A model generated the notes under the pieces. That model worked only from the letters and a program-made list of their open reading frames with translations. It did no database searches and was not told where the DNA came from. The position numbers were made by a program, and so were the translations under genes. Of a stretch of DNA of 64,000 nucleotides, positions 1 through 12,000 are shown one piece after another. The stretch comes from Stylophora pistillata (Eukaryota), in NCBI RefSeq assembly GCF_002571385.2, contig NW_019217818.1, positions 277,594 through 341,593 of the forward strand. The letters run 5' to 3'. The first letter of the stretch is position 1. Each line of letters begins with the position of its first letter.

Positions 1-80
1 CTCCGTTCGATTAGTTTCTGTCCAGCGTTCTCCGCTGTCTGAAAGAGTGCTCTGTGTTTAGCGATGTCGTCTTTCAGAAT
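1..80 (-). CDS. Spectraplakin exon 59 (runs off window), repeat type A
   Basis: ttttttggtttag|ATT acceptor; ILKDDIAKHRALFQTAENAGQKLIER. Confidence 0.9.
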   Translation of the reverse strand, partial: MLKDDIAKHRALFQTAENAGQKLIER

Positions 81-3000
81 CTAAACCAAAAAAGAAACAA
101 GTTTAGAACTTGTTCAAAGGACTCGTATATATTTTTGTGAGTTTATTTGTCTTTGTATGAGCGCTTTTCGATAGAGTATCGTAAAAAACAAAGCCAACGA
201 AATCCCAACGACCAATCAGAAGAAAGGAAAATACCACTGAGAGCCAATGAGAACTCAAAGTTAAACCGACCAAACTGCCTAAAGCGCGGGAAAACTCGAG
301 CGATCAAGTCGTGATTGGTTTATTTTTGCACTTGATTGATTCTGAAAGTGGCGCAAGTTTTCTGGACCAACCAAAGCGAGTAAAGCAAAAACAAAGTAAT
401 CCCAGATTACTCTCGAAAATTCAGAATCTTTAACTTGCAAAAGTTAAAGATTCTGAAACGGTGAGTATCTGACGCTCTGATATACCAAGTACTGAGCTAG
501 CTTTTACAACAAGACAAATAGCAGCAACCAGATTGTGCAACCGCTTTACAACTCGCCAGCTAGAAAGGTCATGCCATGGAGTCATGCCATGGAGTTTTTT
601 TGCTCATTTCGATTCTCAGTACACGAAACTTGGAAAATATTGTCCAAACAACGAAACAAATAGCAGTAACTAGTTCAGTCATTTAGCCCTTTGCCGGCTG
701 AAAGGGTTAAGCTCTGCTTATATTCGATATTCGACCTCCTAATGACACTAAGCCGTATTTTGTCAAAAGAAAACTCGGACTCGATCACGAGATTGGTCAC
801 CGAGCTGAAAACAAATCAATTAAGTTGGAAGCAACTTAAACAAAAGACTAATTAATTTTCTGAAATCATTTTGAAAATCGAAAATGGGCCCAAGTCGGTA
901 AGTGTGCTATTCTGAAACGTCATGAACTGCGGAATAAAATCAGAAAGCCGATACCAAATTTCTGCTCACGTTTCACGTCTTCTTACGCAATTAAACACAC
1001 ACTCAAAGATGTTTCCGGAATCAAGCGGCAAAAATATTAACGCTGACTTCCGGATCAGTTTTTTCTCCACGTTTCAACGTCCTTCATCTCACCAACAAAA
1101 CATAACTCAACCGTTTCATAAACAAACAGTGGAGCATGTTTTGAGATTATCAACCCAGGTATATTAATAAAAGAGCTGTGGGAGCAATTTCTGGTTTAAA
1201 AGAACGATAAATGTGACATGTAAAGATGAAACAATTTTTAGTGTAATAGAAAAATCTGGGGCTCGGATTTTTCTATTACGATAAATGTGACGGTGTGTAA
1301 AAAAAAAAAAAAAAAACTGACGAAAACGTAACGCAAGGCATCAGTGTGAAACACGCAAGACGCCAAGTTAAATATGCCCGAAACATCGCAGCCACAAAAG
1401 AGGTTTTGACATTTCGAAGTGTTTATGGCGGGAAATGAAAAAGCTTCACAGATGAATACACTTCGCATAGCGCGCTTTTACTGATCACATTCCGACACGT
1501 GAACCTACAATATCTATAGCACCCACTGTCGATTAGCTAGGATAAACTCAGCGAAAAGGTAACGATTTAGGCGATTGGCGAATAGATAGGTTCGATCGCT
1601 CTTATCCTCAACCTGAACGAATTGATCAAGTGATAATTACCAAAATAAAGTCTTCATGTATTGATCCAAGACCAGGGACGATATTCGAAGGAAGGACAAG
1701 AACTTCTCCACAAACCCTTCTCGATCTCCTTCCGTTGGATTTCTGTTGTCTTAAGCCGCTTTCCTTCATATTTGAGCCCTGTGCCTTTGAGCGCTCAACA
1801 AGATCGTTATGAATCTATTTGGCACGAATTCGCTTCGGTTGAAGCGCAACAACCCTTCCAATTGTTAGCGGTTTAAATTATTAATGTGATGCAGTCCCTC
1901 GACGTCTTTTTATGTCGGGTGAAAAAAACAATGAAATACCTGTCACGGTATTAAATTGTTACCGGTGCCAAAGGGAATTAAGTCTCAAAGGATGTTGACG
2001 ATATCAAGCATACAACGAGGAACATTAATCCAGTGTGTCGTGAAAATAAGACCGCACCGAAGTTTCGTAACGCCACTTGTGTTGTGAATAATATTCTCCG
2101 GTGCGAAACACCGTGACTGTTCGAGAACCAATCATGAAAACATTTTTGTCTGATAAAGATCGAGAGAGGGTTGAGATATCTAATTACACGCTGAAATGAC
2201 TCATCAACAATGTTCGTAATTTGCATGACGCATGGACTCCCAAGACATTTTAACGAAGACTTAATTTAACAAACTAGACACAAATCTGAACGTACTCTGA
2301 CACCCGTAATAGTAAATTCGAGATGCAGTCATATGATTTTCACACTTAATTCACGTGCTAAAAGCATATGTAAGTAGAATTTGCCATATGAAAGGCATGT
2401 GAAAAATTTCATCTATTCCATACAGTGTTTTCCGGAGTTTTTAGTCTAGTTTATGAGAAACTTGGACTCGAGCATGCGCTTTAGAGCCATGACGGCGATT
2501 TATGAGTGAACACCAAGCCCGAACCCCTTGGGCCTCCTGTGGAGCGTCTGAGTAACAAGCTCATCACTTATCCCTTTTAACAAAATGTTTACAACCATAA
2601 GGCTAATCGAAGACTGCAAACATTAGTTTTACTTCATTTTCATTTTCTTAAGAATAAAGGCTTAATTTGAACATACCCAAACCTCAAGAGTGAGAACATC
2701 TTTTTAGCACACCACCAACAAGTCTAGGCACTCAGAGCTACGGATACATTGATAATACTTTCTGCCGACTATTAAAAAGCGAATAACGTGTAACTAATCT
2801 CAAGAGAAGAGTTACGGAGGTTTAATGACCAAATGTTTGTAGCGGTACTTCATACTTTGACAACAAATGAACACTCAGTCCAGACGTCTTAACAACCCCC
2901 CACCCCCTTAAAATATTTCAACCAACCTGTGCTTCCTCCAGCTGTTTTCTAACCGTCTCAGGATCTGTGCTGATTGGTTGTTGAGCAGAAACACGCTCCT

Positions 3001-6000
3001 CTGCTTCAGGTAACCAGGCTTCTATGTCGGCGAGTGATCCCTGGAAGACGCGCGCGTGTTTCACGTCCTCCTCGAGGTTAATTTTGCGCGCGTTCAGCTT
3101 TTCGATAAGTTCTTTCTGTTTCTGGTCCGCCTGTGACACTTCAGCCTTTACTTGAGCTGCGTGAGGCGTCTTTTCGTCAACTTGCTGCATCAAGAGTGAC
3201 AGGTTGTCATTCACTTCATTGAGTTCAGGCTCCTGCTCTTCAAGGGCTGAAAGCAAAGCCTGAAGACCGAAGGACAAATAAATCCAATTCAGTTCGCAGA
3301 ATTCTTCCTGAGCAGACGCTTTCTCTGTTTTCTGTCTCTCGACAAAGAGCCGAAAGAGAAATCTATTGAACAAAGCCTTGGTTGCTTTTTACAAACAGAA
3401 AAATATCTTTCAGAAGAGAAATTTCTTTCTCAATTGCCTGATCTTTCACTTGGTCAGGTGAAGAGTGAATATAACAGTAGTTAAATGGGAGGAGTGTAGG
3501 GGTAACTAGATAGGAAGCTAAATATTGTTAACGGAGTTACAAGGAAATGTGTACTAGGTAGAAGGAGAAATAAATAAGATATGGCGAATTAAGAAGAAAA
3601 GTCAAAATATATCAACGCTTGTAAAGTAAAGTTATCAATTCATCAAACATTCTGGGACTGATTAAAAATGGTAATCAAGTTTGAAATAACCCTCAAAATG
3701 TAAACTGCCGAATAATTGACAATTTCGCGAGGTTCAATTCACAACTATAATAGGATTCAGAGAGATTTTAGCCCATGTTTCACAGATGGATACTATGAAT
3801 GTTTAACGAATCAAGCCTCATTTACCTCAATTTTCCTGAGCTCTTCTTCTCCTTTCTCAGCGTCAGTGAGGTTGGCAAGCGGCGCATCAACTAATGCTTC
3901 TGCCTCGTCCAGTCTCTCCTCAATCGGCTGAAGCTGATTGGTCAGTTGTTCAAGCAAGCTAGCCACGCTATCCAAATGCTGTTGTCGAACTGTCAGATTC
4001 GCTGTTAACACCTGCCATCTCTTGTTGGCATCCTTGCATTCTGCATGGACAACCTGAATGTCATCGCACAGGTCTCCCAGCTCGCGAGCGGAATCGTTAA
4101 CAGCGTCGACCTCAGGATTGTGTTCCTCGAGTTGCTGTACCAGAGTAGCCAGGGTCTTCCTCTCTTTGGCGATACTCTTCTCGTCGCAGGAAACCGGCTC
4201 AAGAGAATCGACCCAGGTTTCAGAAGCACTCATCCAGGGAAGAACCGATTGCAGTGAGTCATAATAAGATTTTGCTACAACTATGACTTCATCAATTTTT
4301 GATTTCCGATCATCAACCTTCCCTTTCACAGCATTCCAGCGAGAGGAAAGATCATTCAATTTCTCCTTGAGTTCATCTTTCTCTTCTCCCGGCTCAAGAC
4401 TCGCCAAAACGTCTTCACCATTTCTAGAAATTCTTTCGTACACAGGCTCAAGCTGTCTTACATCGGCAACAGCGTGTTCAATATCTTCACTCTGCTCGCG
4501 TAACACGTCATACTGAGAAGACACGGGTCCCATTTTGGCCTCATCATCTTCCAACTTTGCCAGCTTTTCAGCAAAATCATCCATTGTTTCTTGGAATTCT
4601 TGCGACTGTAAAACGGCCTCTTGCAGTTTCTTTTGTTGATCATCAACTTTGGCCGAGAGCAGGTCTAGCGTGGTTTTTGCTTTATACACTCTGCTATTGA
4701 CTTCCATTACAATTGCCGGTTCATTTTCACAGCATTCCACCAAGCGCTGCCCAGCATCATCCGCGGACTCGAGGACGTACTTCTGCTTCACAATGTCTTC
4801 CTGAATTTTCTCAATTTCACCCAACTGGCTCTTCACAACAGTCGGATTAGTTCTTGTAACATGGATGGTCTCGATCACGATGGTTTTCTCTTCAGTCCAA
4901 GTTATCAAAACTTCATATTTTTCCGTAAACTCTATTATCAACACAATGATCTTCTCTAGCTGTGTTTTGCGTTCTCTGCCTCGAACCAGAGCTGTTGTGT
5001 ACCAGTCTCCTACCTTACTTAACTGCTGCTTCAACATCACGGCATCGACGGAATCAGGATTCATTCCTTGAAGTAACTTCTCTCCAAGTTCTTGCATCTC
5101 TTTGTGACGGGGTTCATACTGTTCCAAATCATCCACGACTTGTTGAATTTTTGCCAGTTCTTCCTTGCTCCTACTGACATCAAGATCGGTCGGTGGCTGG
5201 CTTTCAAGCGATGTTTCAGCCTTTTGCACAACTTCTTCAACAGCTCCCAAGGCATCGCGATATTTATCCACAGTATCCTTGGCGGTTTCTAGGTCAGTTT
5301 CCTTCGTCTCTATGTCTTTGAAAAGTTCCTCCCAGCGTCGATTCAAGTCCTTAATTTGCACCTCTACAAAATAGCTGTTATCTTTACATTTGTCCTTTAG
5401 TGAGTCAGCAGTGTTATTTAGTAATTGGTGGTCTGCTCGATGACTCTCTACAGCTTCTTTAAGATCCTCAAACGCTTTTTGTTGTTGACTCAGTTGTTCT
5501 GGACTTACTGAGTCGGTGTTGACCGCAGCAAGTTTCCTCTCCGTCTCAGAAAGCCAAGAGTCAAACGCTTGAGCTCCGCTGTGGAACGACTTCGCATCGG
5601 GAATCACAGAAGAAATCTCTTCCTCACGTTTCGTGGCTTTGCTTTTAGCATCTTTCCATTTCTCTTTCAGATCGTCCAACTTCTTCCGCACAGCGTCTCG
5701 GTCCTTTCCAGGATCCGAAGTCTCTAAAACCTTATCCCCGACAGCTAAAAGTTTATCCAAAACTGGCTGCATCTGAGCAATGGTGTCACTGAACTCTTCC
5801 GTTTCGTCCTTTTGGCGTCTTGTTGTTGGATAATCCGGAGAAATTGGCTCTTGGCTTTGAAGGATGTCGTCGAGGGTCCCTAAACGAGCAATAAAATCGT
5901 CGTATACTTCTTGGAATTCTTGAGATTGCATCATGGCATCGTGCAAACGAAGACTTCTCTGTTCTACCTTGGCATTGAGTTTATCGAGTGGTTGGCGAGC

Positions 6001-9000
6001 TTTTTCCATGTTGTTTTGAATGTCTGCAACAGCGTCAGGATTCTGCATGCTGTCCTCGATCAACCGCTGACCCGTCTCTTCAACAACGCAAAGGCGCACC
6101 AGATATCTCTTCACCTCTTCATGCAGGGCTTCGGTCTCTCTGATTTGCTCCTTGAGATTTTCCGGTTCTGAACTTACTGGTTCTAGGGCTTCAACAGTTT
6201 CAATAGTTTCTGGCAGCCACTGTTCTATTTCTGCTAGTGTTGAATTGAACCGCATTGTATCCTCAAGCGCTTTCTCCAGTTCCTTTTGTCTTTCGCGGAG
6301 TCTGGCAGGCAAGTCTTTTGATTTGCCGTTAGTGCTTACAAGTTGTTCCTTTACACTCAGTGTGGATGGTGCGTCGTCTTCAGCTTGTTGGAGAAGGTGC
6401 TGACCAGACTGATTCAGCTGTTTGATGTCTCCTTTCCTTTCATCTAGAGTAGATACCAGGGCCTTTATCTGCTCCAGTTCTTGTCGGATTTTGTCAGCGT
6501 CAGTTCCCGCAGGCTCATGGGAAGCCAAAGCATCTTCTGCTTGCGTAAAAGCCTCTTGTACAGGTTGCAAGGCACTCTGGTACTTCTCAAACGCCTCTTT
6601 AGCTTCTTCAACCTTGACTTTTTTCTCCAGTACCGTCGTCTGTAATGTATCCCAGCGGCTCTTAAGCTCGTTGAAATCTGCTTTGATTACATCACCATCC
6701 GCTTGACACACATTCGTAAGAGAGCTAGCGGACTCGTTCAACTCATCGAAGTCGAACTTATGCGACTCTATTTCAGAAGAAAGTCCATCAAGTTGTGCAA
6801 GGCTTTCATCCAATTCGTTCTCGTCACATGATACAGGATGGATCTTGCTTACTTTCTTCTCCGCATCCTGAAGCCAATCCCTGAAGGTCGTCGCCCTTTG
6901 GTCATACTTCTGAGAAGCTTCATGAACCACCTGAACACGCTTCTGCATGTCAGCTGTTTTCTCCTTGACCTCGTTCCACCGCGTTTCCATCTGCTCGAGT
7001 TTTTCTTTCTGTGCGTTCTTCTCTTCACCTGCTTCCATTCTTTCCAACATGCCATGCCCATCTTCCAAGATTTTATCGAACACAGGTTGCTTCCTCATGA
7101 TGTTGTCGCTGACACTTCGCTGGATGTGTTCTTTTTGTTGGCTCACGATTTCCAGGATGGCAGAAATTGGCCTGAACTTGCTCACTTCATCTTCCATCTC
7201 TTCAAGTTTGGTAACGAACTCATCCAACATCACATCATAGACCTGAATCTGAAGCAGGATGTTCTGTAAAATAGCATGGCGTTGTTCGATCCTGGCATCC
7301 AAGCGATCCAACTGAACACGAACCTTAGTTAGTTTCCCTTGTACATCAGCTACAACCAAAGGATTGTCACCACTGTTGTCTATAATCACCTTACCGAGGT
7401 CATTTGTACGATCCAATGCGGCACGTTGCTTGGCTATCTCGTTTTGCAAACTCTGTTATAACAAAATAAACGTTCAGAAAAAAGGTTCGGCTTAACTGAA
7501 GATGGCTTTGAACGCAGTTTTGTTAAACGGCTAAACCTTGTTTAAATGACCGACCCTCAAGTTAGTACCAAGTTATTCTATGTCCCCTGATTACTAAATC
7601 TCTGTCTAATCACAGAGTACATGGCGTTCAGTCCATTGCCTTATTCTAAAAACACTCCTTTTACCACTTACCTCAGTCTGTTCCAGTCGTTTGTGCACAA
7701 CCTTCGGATTGGTACTAATTGGCTCTTGCATGGCTGTGCTCTTCGAGACTTCCGTGACCCACAGCTCCAGCTCTCTGATTTGCTGTTGGAATACTGAACT
7801 ATCCTGGATGATTCTCTCCAGCTGCGCCTGTTGTTCTGTAAGCTGTTTCTTGAGGTCAGCGTACCTCTCTGGGATTTCTCTAACTTCCTGTTTCAGCGTT
7901 GAGACCTCTGGAGAGGCAGAATCTGCGTTAAGAACCAGATTCTGGCCGACTTTCTGTGCCTGTTTCATGTCAGCTTCACGAGTGGCCATCAAGTTAAGCA
8001 AAGCCTGTAAACAGTTTGGTCATAAGACCAAATTAAAAATCATTACAACGACCAACCGATAAGGGAACACAAAAGAAAAGAACCTATGAAAACTTAACGT
8101 AGTTAGATGTATTAGATCCAAATCTAATGCCCTGCAGCTGATAGATAAAAAAAGTGGCACGAGATTTCCACGCCTATCAATCGTTGATCACAAATCAAAA
8201 GTTCATCCAGACACACTTTCAGAACTTAACCGATTTTAACATGGGTAGAATGGTACATGCCGGTTGTTTGAATCACGCTGAAGATCACACGTCAAGCTAT
8301 CAGGCTGTAATTCCGATCCTCAAGCCTCAGTGCTACGAGCTGCGAATTTCACAGGCTTGTAAAAGACGAGTGGTTTAGCGCACTCTGTAATGTTTTCCAA
8401 AAAGAGTAGATAACGTCCACTTAACTAATCGTCCACGAGACACGGAAATCCCTTTAATTTTTTATTTTGAAAAACAAAAACTTACCTTCGTGTTGTTGAG
8501 TTCTTGTTTAGCTCTTTCGGTGTTCGACCCAATTGCCTCCGCCGGTACAATAGCTTCTTCTGCCCATGCGTAGAGAGCTCGCACGGGTCTCTGGGCCTTC
8601 TGATACTCCGCTGCAATGTCCTTGACATTGGTGATTTGATCTAACCTATCCTTAAGGCGGAAAGAAGCGCTTTCCCACATCTTGATTACGTACTGCAATT
8701 GCGCCTCGACAACATACACATCATCTGGCTGGCGTTTGATCACATCTGTGGAAATCTCTTTTACGACCTCAAATTCTGGCTTGTGCAATTCAAAATCTTT
8801 GTTTAGAGCTTCTACCTGTTCGAGCTGTTTAGCTATCATCTTCGAGTCACACGAAACAGGGCTCTGTGATGAGATCTTGCCATCAAGGTCTTTCAGCCAC
8901 GCGACAAAGTCCTCCATGTTATCGTGGTATTCATGCAGAATTGGGGCACGCTCTTCAATTTCTGTTTCTCTATCACTGACTTTATCTTTGACGTCACCCC

Positions 9001-12000
9001 ACTTAGCCTTCATATCCTCGAATCTTGTTTGTAATGCATCGCGGTCTGGGCTGGGCTCGGCATTCTCCAACACATTTTCCACGCGGTAAATTAGCTCGTT
9101 AGCGAGCTCATCTAAATCTTTGACGTCATCTTTCATGATCTGTAAAAGAAATTCACTTTAAACAACTAACTTCAAATAAAACTGTCGATAAGTAACAAGG
9201 CCTTAACCCTTTAATTCCCAGAAGTGATTAACGTTCACGCTCTCACTATAATGTCCATTAAATACTAACAAAAATGTAACGATAAATACTGAAAATTATC
9301 TGGTAAAAATTGTTATCTTGATCTAACACCAAATTCTCGTAACTAATTTACAAGGTAATGGGTAGAGGCTTGAAGAAAGAATTGACTATCAGAACTTGGA
9401 AGTTCAAAGAATAAAAGTTTCACTTCCTAACAATGTTTTCATCCTTGCCTTCCTTCACGCTCACATATTTGAATTTTTTGCTAATAGTAACACCGCAAAA
9501 CCTAATTTAAATTTCATTCGAGGTCAAGGAACTCAAATGTGCTATGATATAGAAGAAAGCTAACCAGATTGGGAAAGGGGAACAAGTATATTTTGTGGCA
9601 TCGTGTGCTGGGAAATCTTAACAATGGTTAGATTTATAAATGGTATGCTAGTGATCAACATCGCTTTAATGTAAAGCTTATTTTATGTTTTTGTAGCACA
9701 CATTTATTCCGACTATGGAAGTAGAGAGAATTTGCCCGATCTGTACCTCAAACTGGCGTTCTTGCTCCTTCAGTGTATCACGAACCACAGAGATTGGTCT
9801 CATACCAGCGAGCTGCTCTTCAATCCTACCCAAATCGTCGACAAACTCAGCGAAGGTTACCTCAACACTTTGACTCGCGATGACTGCGCTCTGCAGGCGA
9901 GAATGTCTCTGATCAATATGAGCGTTGAGGCGATCCATCTTGGCTTGGCATCCGCTTAGAATGGTCACCACATCAATTACCATGTCTTCGTCTTCTTTAC
10001 TATGTTCCATCATCCACTCTCCTTCTGTTTGCGCACTCTTCAGGAGATAGGTCTTGTCTTGTAATTCGCGCTGCAGTGTCTCCGCTTCAGGCAACTGCTT
10101 TTTCAGTTTCTCCGGTTCGGTGCTGACTGGTTCTAGTTCTTCAACGGTCACACTGAAGGTCTCAAACCACTTTTCTAGCTGTTTGATGTTTTCCTTGAAA
10201 GACACAAGGTGCTGATTGTGCTTCTCCAGCTGCGCCCGTCTTCGCCGCAAATGATCTCTTGTTACATTGAATCGTGTGTACAAAGTATCTACTTGGTTTC
10301 TGATGATGGCTGCATCTGGAGCATCATCTTCCAAGTGGTCTAACAGCTCCATTCCTACACTTTGAACCATTTCCAGCTCTTCCTCTTGATCAGCGAAAGC
10401 ATCTAGTAACTCCTGTATCAAGGCTAGTTCCTCGGCAATTTTGTCGGCGTCCATTAAAGGTGTTTTGTAGGCCGAAACAACCACACCCTGCACAACTAGC
10501 TCCTCCACAGCGTGTCTATGGAAGTTGAAATTTTCTAAGAGTTGTTTGATCTTCTCCAGATTATTCGATTTCTCTCTGAGGGTGCCTTGAAGCGCAGCAT
10601 ACCGATTTCGTACGTCTTGCACTTGTGCATTCACGATGGTGGCGTCTGCTGGGTCGAATTCCAATAACGAGCGCGCGATATGATCTAATTCGCCGAGAGA
10701 GCTCTCTTTTTCTTGAAGATCGCTCTCCATCTCTTTAAGCAACTCTTCGTACTTTTGCGGACCCTTTCTATCGCATGGAACATACCTCAGCAGAGCTGTA
10801 TTCTTTTCAGCAGTAACCAACCAGGACAAGAAGCTCTGCAAGGTCTCTCCATAATCCTGCGCCGCAGGATCTATCCGATCTAACAGAGTCTTACGGTCAG
10901 TGCTGTTCTTTTGAACATTGTCCCATCTGCTTTGAATCTGCGCTATTCTTTGCTCTACTCTGTCACGCTCTTTACCAGGTTCCGTCGCTTGAAGGACATC
11001 ATCTGCAGACTTCCTTATAGCGGCCAAAACAGGCTCATGTTGCAGTACGTCTTCATTGACAGGCTGTTATAAAAGACAAACAATACCATGTTAAGTAACG
11101 TAAAATCAACCAGACACATCAGATGGTTTTGAATCGTGAGTCAAGTCTACTCCTTTTTCGTCCTTGGACGGACCCAGATGCTCAGATCCTAGAGCAAATA
11201 TCAGCGCTGAAAGGAGCAGGGATCTACCAGCTCTCTATATGAGGAATATAACGTGCTAAATTGATCTTCAGTTCCATTACAACAAAGATGATAGCGAAAG
11301 TATAAAGCAGTCGATCAACTATGAATTACATTTTGAGTTGGCTAAGGCTCAAAATCTTACCACGTGATCCTTTTTCAGTTCCCGGATGGAGTCTGTGTCT
11401 GACGTCACGGGAGGTTGAGACGCAAGCCTGTCTTCCACACTATTAAGCCAGATGAGGAAGTCATTCGAAGCAGCCTTGAACTCCTTGGATTGCATTAGCG
11501 CGCACTTCAAAGCATTTTGCCTTTCGTTATTAACAGCCACGAGCTCGTCTATCGCTTCTTTAGAAACTCTCACTCTGGCTTTCATTTCCTCCTCCGCCAC
11601 AGGTTCTAGGTTACAATTTCCAGCCAGCCTATCAGCGGCTTCCTGAGCGCTGTCGAGTGAGACCCGCTCGTCAACAAGAGAAGTCTGTAGCTGCTCAGAT
11701 CGTTCAAGTTGCTCTTGGACCACCTCTGGTTCGCTGCTAACGGGTGGCAGGTTGGCAACCTCTTCTTTAACCTTCGGAATGAACCTTTCAGCATGTTTAG
11801 TGTTTGTCACGTAGATAGCAATATAATGTCCAACTCTCTCCATTAAGTCTTCCCGTTCGCGTAACTTGGTTTCAAGGGTGTTGTACTTTTGACGCACGAC
11901 CGCCACGTTTTCCTGCCATTCGGGTGAGCCAGTCTTTTCTGTCAGAGCTTTTCCGTACTTTTCAAGATCTTTCAAATCTGGTCGTCTGTTGTTCAGGAGC

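Noticed and set aside
3716-11646. Many plus-strand ORFs (Ser/Phe/Leu-rich) overlapping the exons, here and throughout the window
   Set aside because: Antisense shadows of Glu/Lys-rich coding exons; no independent splice signals or domains.
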